Shown here piece after piece: positions 22,988-32,000 of a DNA stretch of 32,000 nt (position 1 is its first letter; each line of letters starts with the position of its first letter). Position numbers and translations under genes: made by a program. The stretch spans positions 330,001-362,000 of the forward strand of contig NZ_CP124549.1 in NCBI RefSeq assembly GCF_030253515.1, given 5' to 3'. The notes under the pieces were generated by a model, which saw only the letters and a list, made by a program, of their open reading frames with translations, was not told the DNA's origin and made no database searches. Origin of the DNA: Candidatus Nanosynbacter lyticus. GTDB taxonomy: Bacteria; Patescibacteriota; Saccharimonadia; Saccharimonadales; Saccharimonadaceae.

Positions 22988-23200
22988 ATGAAAGAATTAG
23001 CATTTGCACTCACCTACGCCATCCCGGCTGCGCTGGCAGCGATCGGCGCTGGTATCGTCGGCGCGGCAGCGATGAACGCGGCTGGCCGCAATCCAGAGAA
23101 AATTAACGATCTACGCACCATGATGATCCTCGGTATTTCGTTCATCGACGCCCTAGCGATTATCGGTTTCGTGGCGGCTATCGTCGGCAAAGTTATGTAA
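22988..23200 (+). CDS. atpE: F-type ATP synthase subunit c
   Basis: 70-aa hairpin with Gly-rich TM1 (AAIGAGIVGAAAMNAAGRNPE) and a TM2 carboxylate (SFIDALAI). AAGGAG SD. Confidence 0.92.
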   Translation: MKELAFALTYAIPAALAAIGAGIVGAAAMNAAGRNPEKINDLRTMMILGISFIDALAIIGFVAAIVGKVM

Positions 23201-23215
23201 TTTGAGGGGTAAATT

Positions 23216-23764
23216 GTGGAGACTATATTGACACAATTTGCGAGTGCCGAAGCGCACACGGCCGAAAAGGCTGACTTGTTCAGTTCGCTGGGTATTGACT
23301 GGAGGCTGCTGATTTTACAAACGGTGGCGTTCTTGATCTTGCTGGTGATTCTCCGCAAGTGGGTGTATCCACCGCTGGCAGCGATGCTCGACAAGCGCGA
23401 AAAGGACATGCGCACAGCCGAAAAGGCAGCGCAGTCGGCGCGTGACAACGCTGATAAGGCTGAAAAAATGACCAACGAGCTGATGCGAAAAGCTCGGGCG
23501 GAGGCCAGTGATATCGTGGCGGCGGCGCGCGAGGAAGCGGCTTCGGTCGTTGAGCAAGCTGCAGCCAAGGCGACTGCCAAGTCTGAGACCATCGTCAGTG
23601 CGGCACAGGCGGAAATTGCTAAGGAAGTTGAGCAGGCCAAGAAAGCGCTGCACAATGAAACGCTGGAATTGGTGGCCGAGGCGACTGGCAAGGTTTTGCA
23701 CGAAAAGGTTGATGCTAAGACAGACGCCAAGCTGATCGCGACTGCGGTCAAGGAGGTTGCCTAG
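23216..23764 (+). CDS. atpF: F-type ATP synthase subunit b
   Basis: N-terminal TM helix, then a long Ala/Glu/Lys-rich helix. GTG start 6 nt after GAGGGG. Confidence 0.85.
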   Translation: METILTQFASAEAHTAEKADLFSSLGIDWRLLILQTVAFLILLVILRKWVYPPLAAMLDKREKDMRTAEKAAQSARDNADKAEKMTNELMRKARAEASDIVAAAREEAASVVEQAAAKATAKSETIVSAAQAEIAKEVEQAKKALHNETLELVAEATGKVLHEKVDAKTDAKLIATAVKEVA

Positions 23765-23766
23765 TC

Positions 23767-24165
23767 ATGGCGCGGACGCTTCGGCGAAAGTTGGCACGAC
23801 ACGCGGCCGAGCGGCTGCTCAAGGGCGACGTGACGGTGATTGATGAACTGGCGGCGCTGATCGTGCATGAGCGGCGCGAGCGAGAGATTGATCTATTGGT
23901 ACAGGATATTGAGGCGGAATTGGCTGAACGCGGTACGGTTGTAGCGACGGTGGAAAGCGCGCGGGCGCTGGATGCGGCGACAAAGGATGAGATTAAAAAT
24001 CTATTGTCGTCTAAAGCAAATACTGGCGATCGGAATATTACCGTGCTGCTGCGTGAATCAATTGACCAGGCGCTCATCGGTGGCTTCAAATTACGGACGC
24101 CAACCGCAACACTGGACGCGACAATTGCCAAGAAACTAAACGACTTGCGGGCGAAGAAAATCTAG
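23767..24165 (+). CDS. atpH: F-type ATP synthase subunit delta (OSCP), short form
   Basis: Position between atpF and atpA, with an OSCP-like C-terminus ([24 protein letters not shown]). Only 132 aa. Confidence 0.7.
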   Translation: MARTLRRKLARHAAERLLKGDVTVIDELAALIVHERREREIDLLVQDIEAELAERGTVVATVESARALDAATKDEIKNLLSSKANTGDRNITVLLRESIDQALIGGFKLRTPTATLDATIAKKLNDLRAKKI

Positions 24166-24173
24166 GAGGAAAA

Positions 24174-25700
24174 ATGAGCAAGATTGATGTGACAGAACTA
24201 GCCAAAAGCCTGCGGGAAAAAATCGCGCAGCTGGAGGCGACGGAGGGACTAGAGGACGCTGGTGTGGTCATCCGCGTCGGCGACGGCGTGGCGTGGGTGC
24301 ACGGCCTCAGTAAAGCTGGCTATAGCGAAGTGCTAGAAATTGAGACTGATGGCGGCACAGTGGAAGCCTTTGCGCTGAATTTGATGGAAGATGAAATCGG
24401 TGCGGTGATCCTCGGCGGCGAAGAAAAAGTCAAGGCTGGCGCCAGCGTCCGCCGCAAGGGCGCGGTGCTGGACGTGCCGGTTGGCGAGGAATTACTCGGT
24501 CGCGTAGTTGACCCGCTAGGCCGGCCGCTGGATGGTGGACCGGCTATCAAGACCAAACAACGTGGGCTGATTGAGCGCCCAGCCATCGGCGTGATGGGTC
24601 GTAAGTCGGTGCACGAGCCGCTGATGACCGGTATCATGTCAATTGACGCCATGTTCCCGATCGGCCGCGGGCAGCGCGAGCTGATCATCGGTGACCGCCA
24701 GACCGGAAAGACGGCGATTGCCATCGACACTATGATCAACCAGGCACGGCAAAAGACCGGCGTGGTCAACGTTTACGTGGCGATTGGACAGAAATTATCA
24801 AAGATTGCACGGTTGGTTGACCGCCTGAAAGAAGAAGGCGTGATGGAGCAAACTATCGTGGTGGCGACCAGCCCGTCGGACGCGGCTTCCCTGCTCTACC
24901 TGGCACCATATGCTGGTACGGCCATGGGTGAATATTTCCGCGACAACGGCGGCCATGCACTGATGATTTATGACGATTTGACTAAGCACGCCGTGGCCTA
25001 CCGCCAGATGTCATTGCTGCTGCGCCGTCCACCGGGACGCGAGGCGTACCCTGGTGATGTGTTCTACCTACACTCTCGCCTGCTGGAGCGTTCAGCTAAG
25101 TTGTCAGACGAATTGGGCGCCGGTTCACTGACTGCCCTGCCGATCATCGAGACGCAGGCCGGTGACATCTCGGCGTACATCCCGACCAACGTGATTTCCA
25201 TCACCGACGGTCAGATTTTCCTGGAAACTGACTTGTTCTACCAGGGTATTCGCCCAGCGATTTCTGCTGGTCTATCGGTCTCCCGTGTTGGTGGTGCTGC
25301 TCAGACTAAGGCTGTCAAATCGGTCGGCGGTAACTTGAAGCTCGGTCTTTCACAGTTCCGTGAGCTGGCGTCGTTTGCGCAATTTGGCTCGGATCTGGAT
25401 GATGCGACCAAGGCGCAAATCGACCGCGGCCAGCGCTTGACTGAACTTTTGAAACAGCCGCAATATCAGCCGATGAGCGTCTGGGAGCAATTTGTCAGCA
25501 TCCATGCGGTGACGAGCGGCGCCTTTGATAGTGTGCCGGTCACTAAAATTAAGGAAGCACAGGCCGGCCTGCTAACGTATCTCTGGAACAACGCCAAGGA
25601 CGCCATGCGCGAACTGAACAAGGGCGCCAAGCCGACTGACGAGCAGTTGCACATCATCGACGAGGCAACGCAGGTAGCAGCGAAAGGGTTCGAGGAGTAA
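24174..25700 (+). CDS. atpA: F-type ATP synthase subunit alpha
   Basis: Walker A GDRQTGKT, plus [22 protein letters not shown] and ITDGQIFLE. Confidence 0.97.
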   Translation: MSKIDVTELAKSLREKIAQLEATEGLEDAGVVIRVGDGVAWVHGLSKAGYSEVLEIETDGGTVEAFALNLMEDEIGAVILGGEEKVKAGASVRRKGAVLDVPVGEELLGRVVDPLGRPLDGGPAIKTKQRGLIERPAIGVMGRKSVHEPLMTGIMSIDAMFPIGRGQRELIIGDRQTGKTAIAIDTMINQARQKTGVVNVYVAIGQKLSKIARLVDRLKEEGVMEQTIVVATSPSDAASLLYLAPYAGTAMGEYFRDNGGHALMIYDDLTKHAVAYRQMSLLLRRPPGREAYPGDVFYLHSRLLERSAKLSDELGAGSLTALPIIETQAGDISAYIPTNVISITDGQIFLETDLFYQGIRPAISAGLSVSRVGGAAQTKAVKSVGGNLKLGLSQFRELASFAQFGSDLDDATKAQIDRGQRLTELLKQPQYQPMSVWEQFVSIHAVTSGAFDSVPVTKIKEAQAGLLTYLWNNAKDAMRELNKGAKPTDEQLHIIDEATQVAAKGFEE

Positions 25701-25703
25701 TCC

Positions 25704-26585
25704 ATGCCGAGTACTCGTGCGCTGAAAAATCGCATTCGCTCGGTGGATTCAACCAAGCAAATCACCAAGGCGATGCAGCTCGTAGCCGCCAGCAAAATGC
25801 GCCGCGCCCAAGAGGCGGACAAGGCGTCGGCTCCCTATACCGTAGCGGCGGAGGAGCTGCTGAGCTACCTGGCCAGCCAAGGTGCGACCGACAATCACCC
25901 GCTGTTTAAGCGCCGCAAAATTACCAAGCGCTTGATCATCGTCATCGCCAGTGACAAGGGGCTGGCCGGTGCATATAACACCAATGTTCTGAAAAAATAT
26001 CTGGAGCTGCTGAAGCGCGACGATGAGCGTGGCATTGAGAATTTGACTTTGACCATCGGCCGGCGGGCTTCGCAATTTGCCTCGCGACTGAAGGATACGA
26101 AGATCATCGGTACATACGAGGACTTGCCGGATCAGCCGTCCGGGTTAACTTTTCACACGATTTTAAACACCGCCATTAGCATGTTTGAGAATGGCGAGGT
26201 TGACGCGGTGACGCTGGTGTATACGCAGTTTGTCAATAGCATGGTGCAGACGGCGGAGCTGTCGCGCTTGCTACCGGCGGGCACCAAAGCCTTGATCGAC
26301 CCGAGTGAAGTGTCGAACACAATTTCTGACGCTAAGTACGAGCCGAGCATTCCAGAAGTGTTGGATGCGGTGGTCTATCGTCTGACGGGTGCGCGGCTGT
26401 TTCAGGCGCTGCTGGACGCTCGTGCTTCAGAGCACTCCATGCGGATGATGGCCATGAAGAATGCGACTGACAACGCGTCTGATCTGGTGGACGATCTAAC
26501 CTTGGCGATGAACAAAGCCCGCCAAGGTGCGATCACTCAGGAGCTGGCAGAAATTTCCGGCGGCGTGGAGGCGATGGAACAATGA
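25704..26585 (+). CDS. atpG: F-type ATP synthase subunit gamma
   Basis: N-terminus RIRSVDSTKQITKAMQLVAASKMRRAQ and C-terminus ARQGAITQELAEISGG. Confidence 0.95.
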   Translation: MPSTRALKNRIRSVDSTKQITKAMQLVAASKMRRAQEADKASAPYTVAAEELLSYLASQGATDNHPLFKRRKITKRLIIVIASDKGLAGAYNTNVLKKYLELLKRDDERGIENLTLTIGRRASQFASRLKDTKIIGTYEDLPDQPSGLTFHTILNTAISMFENGEVDAVTLVYTQFVNSMVQTAELSRLLPAGTKALIDPSEVSNTISDAKYEPSIPEVLDAVVYRLTGARLFQALLDARASEHSMRMMAMKNATDNASDLVDDLTLAMNKARQGAITQELAEISGGVEAMEQ

Positions 26586-27139
26586 GCGTGTATTTCGTAC
26601 GCCACGGCGAGAGCTTGGCTAATGTCAATGGCCTGGTGGCTGGCGCAGAAGATGATTCTCCGTTGACCGAGAAAGGCCTATGCGATGCGCAGGCGGTGGC
26701 GCGAGAGGTCACGAAGCGCATCAAAGCTAGCGAGCTACATATTGATACCATTGTCAGTTCCCCGCTGCAGCGGGCACGCCAGACAGCAGAGATTATCAGC
26801 CACGAGGCTCTCGGCGGTTTGCCAGTTGAGATTGATCAACGCTGGCGTGAGCGCGGGATTGGCAAAGCTGCCGGAATGAAGCACGGCACGTGGTATCACC
26901 TCGAGGACGACCCGGCGGCGGGCGTCGAAACACGGCAGGATTTTTGTAAGCGCGTAGCTGAGGCTTACGATGAGCTGGCGGGTCTTTCCGAGGATATTTT
27001 AGTCGTCTCGCATAACGGCGTATACCGAGCGCTACAAACGCATATACATCATGTTTCACCGGAAAAGTTTGTCGAGATGCCAGGGCTCGGTAATGGCGAA
27101 ATTGTTGAGATTGCAAAACAAGGAGAGTCAAATGAATAA
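26582..27139 (+). CDS. Histidine phosphatase superfamily (phosphoglycerate-mutase-like) protein
   Basis: RHGES catalytic motif at residues 7-11, plus SSPLQRARQTA and VSHNGV. The start overlaps the atpG stop (ATGA). Confidence 0.85.
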   Translation: MSVYFVRHGESLANVNGLVAGAEDDSPLTEKGLCDAQAVAREVTKRIKASELHIDTIVSSPLQRARQTAEIISHEALGGLPVEIDQRWRERGIGKAAGMKHGTWYHLEDDPAAGVETRQDFCKRVAEAYDELAGLSEDILVVSHNGVYRALQTHIHHVSPEKFVEMPGLGNGEIVEIAKQGESNE

Positions 27140-27578
27140 CGCAACCCTATTCGTCAGTACTGTTGTCGTAAAAGACGGTAAGCTATTGGTTGTTCAGGAG
27201 GGGAAAAATAACTACGGGCAATTAGGCACGTGGAATTTTCCGGCGGGACATGTCGAGCCGGGCGAAGGCTTGGTGGAGGCGGCGGTACGAGAAGCGAAGG
27301 AAGAATCTGGCTATACAGTTGCAATTGACGGTGTCCTGTCGGTGCTGTTGAAAAATACTGATTCTGGCATGTCGCTGGTTGTGTTTTTTCTGGGACACAT
27401 TGCCGATGATTATCCTGCCCCGCGCGAAGAAGGAATCCAGCAGGTTGACTTCGTGACGTTAGAGGCTTTAGAAAAACTGAATTTGCGTTTTCCTGATGAT
27501 ATGATAGAACCAGCTCGTCGAGCGCTGTCGGATAAGAGTTATTCTTTGGATATAATTATGGATTATCAGGAGGCGTAG
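27132..27578 (+). CDS. NUDIX hydrolase
   Basis: Nudix box GHVEPGEGLVEAAVREAKEESGY. AGGAGAG SD. 8-nt overlap with the upstream gene. Confidence 0.88.
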   Translation: MNNATLFVSTVVVKDGKLLVVQEGKNNYGQLGTWNFPAGHVEPGEGLVEAAVREAKEESGYTVAIDGVLSVLLKNTDSGMSLVVFFLGHIADDYPAPREEGIQQVDFVTLEALEKLNLRFPDDMIEPARRALSDKSYSLDIIMDYQEA

Positions 27579-27602
27579 ACGCGATATGAAAAGTGAGATT
27601 AA

Positions 27603-29048
<1,446 letters not shown>

Positions 29049-29052
29049 CCTG

Positions 29053-29478
29053 ATGGATCTAAAGCTGGTAACGCTCGGTGGTGTCAAGCTGGATGAGATG
29101 GTCTACTCGGTAACTATTCCGACGATTGACGGTGAGATTTCGGTGCTGCCGAGCCACGAACCGCTGGTGACGGTGGCGAGGGACGGCGTGATCACCGTGC
29201 GCCGGCGTCAAGAAGACCCCGACAATCAATTGGAATATTTCGCAATCTCCGGCGGCGTGGTGAAAATCGATTATTCATCGGTGCAAATCCTGGTGGACGA
29301 GGCCGACCATGGCGACGACATCATCGAGGCGGAGACTCAGGCGGCCCTGGAGCGCGCCATCAAAGCCCGCGACGAGGCCGGCGACCAAGTCGAGCGCGAG
29401 AAAGCCAAACAGCTCATCGACCGGCATATGGTGCGGTTGAAGGTGGCGGACTTGCATCGGCGCAAGCGACGACGGTAG
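29053..29478 (+). CDS. atpC: F-type ATP synthase subunit epsilon
   Basis: MDLKLVTLGG...GEISVLPSHEPLVT beta-sandwich followed by a helical tail, positioned after atpD. Confidence 0.88.
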   Translation: MDLKLVTLGGVKLDEMVYSVTIPTIDGEISVLPSHEPLVTVARDGVITVRRRQEDPDNQLEYFAISGGVVKIDYSSVQILVDEADHGDDIIEAETQAALERAIKARDEAGDQVEREKAKQLIDRHMVRLKVADLHRRKRRR

Positions 29479-29553
29479 TAGATTGTTTACAGTGTCATTT
29501 TAGGCGCACGTTTGATTACGATGTGTCTTGCGGTCGGTTATGGGCGCTCAGTT

Positions 29554-30645
29554 TTATTGATCATCCAGTAATTGGCGGACTTCGTCGGTGCTGGTGGTGT
29601 GCATCAATTGCTCGCGCAGTTCCTTGGCGCCGTCGAAGTCGCGGATGTAGATTTTGAAGAAGCGTTTTAGGGTTTCAAAGGGGCGGCCGAGGGTTGGCTG
29701 GTAGTGGTCAAAGAGGTCGAGGTGGTAATGTAGTAGATATATAAGCTCTGATTTAGTATTGTCGCTCCCGTCGTCGCCGTCTCCGACGGCACGTAGGTCG
29801 CTAAACGCGGGTCCTGCTAGTCGGTCCGCCCCTTCTTCTGAAAAATCAGAGATTTGTTCAGAAGTGGGTGCTGCCCCGCCGACTATCACCCGCTTATCCT
29901 CGATCTCCGAAGACACTCCGCCTTTCCGAAAACAAAACGGATCGCTGAAAATTCCCCGCCCAATCATAATGCCGTTGATGCCGGGGTGCTGACGGGCGAG
30001 CTCTTTGCCTTGAGCGCGGTTGCGGATGTCGCCGTTGATGGTTAGTAACGTTCGTGGGGCGATTTCGTCACGTAGTTTGATGATGTCGTCGATGAGTTCG
30101 TAGTGCGCCGGGACTTTGCTCATTTCTTTCTTGGTGCGCAGGTGGATGGTTAGATTGACAATATCTTGTCGCAAAATAGTCGCGAGCCATTCGCGCCATT
30201 CATCGACATGGGTGTAGCCCAGCCTGGTTTTGACACTGACGGGCAACCTGGCAGTTTTGGCGGCGGCGATGGCAGCAACTGCTACGTCAGGTCGGCGGAT
30301 GAGCGCTGCGCCACCAGATTTGATGGCGGATTTGGCGGGACAGCCCATGTTGATGTCGATGCCGTCAAAGCCGAGCCTGGCACAATAGCCAGCAAATTGC
30401 TCCATATCCCCTGGTTCGCCGCCCCAGATTTGGGCGACCAGCGGATGCTCGTCGTCGGTTTTGACCAACCGCCCAGCGATGGCTTTGTCGCCGGCGTGCA
30501 CCCAGCCGGTGGCATTGGCAAATTCGGTGAAAAACACATCGGGGGCGCCCGCCCTTTTCACGACATGGCGAAAGACGACGTCGGTGACGGCCTCCATGGG
30601 TGCCAAAATGAAAAATGGCTGTGGTAGATTGTCCCAAAAGGTCAT
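29554..30645 (-). CDS. tRNA-dihydrouridine synthase (Dus family) with a ~58-codon insertion before the C-terminal helical domain
   Basis: LAPMEAVTD, DINMGCPAKS (catalytic Cys), VKTRLG and IMIGRGIFSDPF. The ATG lies 2 nt after the Fic gene stop. Confidence 0.85.
   Translation of the reverse strand: MTFWDNLPQPFFILAPMEAVTDVVFRHVVKRAGAPDVFFTEFANATGWVHAGDKAIAGRLVKTDDEHPLVAQIWGGEPGDMEQFAGYCARLGFDGIDINMGCPAKSAIKSGGAALIRRPDVAVAAIAAAKTARLPVSVKTRLGYTHVDEWREWLATILRQDIVNLTIHLRTKKEMSKVPAHYELIDDIIKLRDEIAPRTLLTINGDIRNRAQGKELARQHPGINGIMIGRGIFSDPFCFRKGGVSSEIEDKRVIVGGAAPTSEQISDFSEEGADRLAGPAFSDLRAVGDGDDGSDNTKSELIYLLHYHLDLFDHYQPTLGRPFETLKRFFKIYIRDFDGAKELREQLMHTTSTDEVRQLLDDQ
29752..29925 (-). other. In-frame acidic/Gly/Ser-rich insertion in Dus containing strong hairpins
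   Basis: A 13-bp stem with one bulge (29835-29847 / 29851-29864) and the hairpin GCCGTC-tcc-GACGGC (29776-29790). The peptide GGVSSEIEDKR...GDGDDGSDNTK interrupts conserved Dus blocks. The boundaries are approximate. Confidence 0.45.
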
Positions 30646-30647
30646 GT

Positions 30648-31568
30648 TCACGTCACCAGTCCTTTGCTAAACAATATACTTTCCGCGATAAATAGACGCA
30701 GCGCCTCCAGCTCGCCGCGAACCTGCGCTCGCTCCAGATAGGTATAGTACGCTCGCTTGCGCTCTTTGGCGACGAGGGGTGGCACCAACCCCAGTTGTAG
30801 GGCCTGGACAAAGAGCAAGAGTCGCCCGGTGCGACCGTTGCCATCGCTAAACGGATGGATTTTTTCAAATGTCGCATGAGTACGGGCTAGCCATTCTATC
30901 GGCTCTGTTTTGGGTAATTTGTTCATTTCGTCAACACACTCGGACATCGCTTCAGTAATGCGCAGATGGTTTACTGTTGTGACGCGACTACCCATGATGC
31001 GCACACCGTGCCGGCGGTAGAGTCCGGCGTCAGACACCAGCGTGTTCATCAGCCGGACGTGCGTTTGCAAGATCAGCTCTTCGCTCCACGTAAAATGCGT
31101 CCCTTCTTTGTGTAAGGCATCCAGCAGAAAGTAGAGCGCAGTACGGTGGTTACGGGCCTCTATCTGTTCGCGCGCTGTCTTGTTGGCGAGGACGCGATTA
31201 TCATCGTTCAGCACCTCTGCGACGTCCGCTAGGGTCATTGTGCTACCCTCGATCGTGTTCGTGTGGTAGGTCAAGTGGAGCGTCAGGATGTCAAGTAATT
31301 CTTGATTCGCCAGGAGTGTCCGGATCGTCATGCGGCTGGCCTGGGCGGCACGTTCAGTAGCGAGGCGCTTCGCCTCGTCGATGGTGTCCCGCCCGAGCAT
31401 CTCTTGATGTAATAGCTGAATATTCGCCAGGTTTTTGGCACGCGGCGACATATGTTGGTGTACCCAGGCGTTGAGCGTACGCACCGGCACATCTAGGCGA
31501 CGCGCCAGTTGTTCTTGGGTAAGGCCTGTCCGCACCAGAATTTCTTGGAGTAATTGCGCAGCATTCAT
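30648..31568 (-). CDS. HTH (XRE-type) plus Fic-domain protein (AMPylase-type Fido enzyme with an intramolecular inhibitory motif)
   Basis: N-terminal HTH (LTQEQLARRLDVPVRTLNAWV), Fic motif HPFSDGNGRTGR, and upstream TNTIEG matching the (S/T)xxxE(G/N) inhibitory helix. Confidence 0.9.
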   Translation of the reverse strand: MNAAQLLQEILVRTGLTQEQLARRLDVPVRTLNAWVHQHMSPRAKNLANIQLLHQEMLGRDTIDEAKRLATERAAQASRMTIRTLLANQELLDILTLHLTYHTNTIEGSTMTLADVAEVLNDDNRVLANKTAREQIEARNHRTALYFLLDALHKEGTHFTWSEELILQTHVRLMNTLVSDAGLYRRHGVRIMGSRVTTVNHLRITEAMSECVDEMNKLPKTEPIEWLARTHATFEKIHPFSDGNGRTGRLLLFVQALQLGLVPPLVAKERKRAYYTYLERAQVRGELEALRLFIAESILFSKGLVT

Positions 31569-31620
31569 GTCGTGATATTACCAAAACATCATGATGTTTG
31601 TCAAATAGCACGATGTTTGC
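31569..31620 (-). promoter_or_regulatory. Promoter TTGACA-N18-TAATAT placed 6 nt before the Fic ATG, with a 16-bp perfect palindrome AAACATCATGATGTTT (31584-31599) in the spacer and a further GATGTTTG copy at 31612-31619
   Basis: The minus strand reads gCAAACATCgtgctaTTTGACAAACATCATGATGTTTtggTAATATcacgacATG. Confidence 0.6.
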
Positions 31621-31639
31621 TAGGAGTCTGATGGTATGG

Positions 31640-32000
31640 TGGCGAGAGTCTTTGGGGTGTACGAGTGGCTACCCCTGCCCGACAATCACCCCCAAAAAGG
31701 TGAAATCCCCGCGTCATCGTTGACGCGGGGTGGTGGACTCAAGCGGTTCTGCTCGGAGTTGATCTCATCGCTGAGAAAAACTGCTACGAGTGAACTCGCG
31801 AGTCCGGGGCTTAGGGCCCCGCCGACCAGATGCATCCGGATACACCTGGTGGCGGGGTGGAGGCTATCTATAGATAGCCTCCTTGGGGCTCTTCCCGGGG
31901 CCCTTCCGGGAAGAGCGAGGGGCGAAAACGATGCTGTTTTCGCTGCAGACTGGCCCGTTGGGGCACTAGCTTGTCTGCCATACATCGCGCGCTATTGAGC
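31640..32000. ncRNA. Hairpin-dense non-coding region; candidate large structured RNA of unknown class, truncated by the window end
   Basis: At least 8 consecutive near-perfect stem-loops: 31707-31730 (10 bp), 31805-31821, 31817-31857 (12 bp plus bulge, competes with the previous one), 31859-31882 (24-bp palindrome), 31888-31916 (11 bp), 31922-31943 (8 bp), 31945-31978. ORFs are open on both strands but do not look like proteins. Confidence 0.35.

Noticed and set aside
23014-23751. 245-aa ORF on the minus strand spanning atpE/atpF
   Set aside because: It is antisense to two well-supported ATP synthase genes. Its product is Ala/Ser-rich low complexity, as expected for the shadow frame of an Ala/Glu/Lys-rich GC-biased gene.
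31637-31700. A tmRNA or tRNA-like 3' end, because the minus strand ends ...GACTCTCGCCACCA
   Set aside because: No T-arm (GGTTCGAnTCC-type) precedes the putative acceptor strand, and a tmRNA body would have to overlap the Fic gene.
31636-31998. 120-aa plus-strand and 99-aa minus-strand ORFs at the window end
   Set aside because: They are mutually antisense, their composition is not protein-like, and they are made of consecutive perfect palindromes. I interpret the region as structured non-coding sequence.
31640-32000. RNase P RNA, cobalamin riboswitch or TPP riboswitch look-alike strings (GAGTCCGGGGC; GGTGAAATCC; CTGAGA)
   Set aside because: In each case only one short motif matches. The partner conserved blocks (GGAAAGTCC and ACAGAAnCCGGCTTA; CTGT and the B12 box; ACCTGATCTGG) are absent.

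Overview
32-kb chromosomal segment of a small-genome, Gram-positive-type bacterium. Gene content and style (class-E-like sortase, DUF3048, PEGA, paired VanY peptidases, compact atp operon, start codons placed directly behind -10 boxes) suggest Saccharibacteria/Patescibacteria or a similar lineage; this placement is inference only. I support about 31 CDSs and 2 tRNAs. Left to right: the 3' part of a large serine recombinase whose ORF runs antisense into tRNA-Glu(CUC); a DUF3048 / histidine kinase / receiver-only response regulator operon; gltX; envelope genes (membrane protein, PEGA protein, sortase); tRNA-Leu(CAA) followed by a low-GC 2H-phosphoesterase gene; a minus-strand block xth / VanY / VanY / HAD / degenerate YjeF_C-like; two GT4 glycosyltransferases; smpB; a low-GC three-ORF orphan cassette with its own operator-bearing promoter; an ABC-F ATPase; glutaredoxin-like and small zinc-ribbon-like genes; an F1Fo ATP synthase operon (atpZ-like, B, E, F, H, A, G, [histidine phosphatase + NUDIX], D, C); a tRNA-dihydrouridine synthase coupled to an HTH-Fic gene; and a roughly 360-nt hairpin-dense non-coding region cut by the window end. 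The most unusual observations are: (1) a 294-nt in-frame, stop-free, strongly structured insertion between Walker A and the Q-loop of the second ABC-F ATPase domain, and a second hairpin-bearing in-frame insertion in the Dus gene; (2) the terminal multi-hairpin region, a candidate large ncRNA of unknown class; (3) two hydrolase genes translationally coupled inside the atp operon; (4) TGnTAnAAT -10 boxes 6-9 nt from start codons at about 13 genes, implying leaderless mRNAs. No CRISPR array, rRNA or complete IS element was seen.
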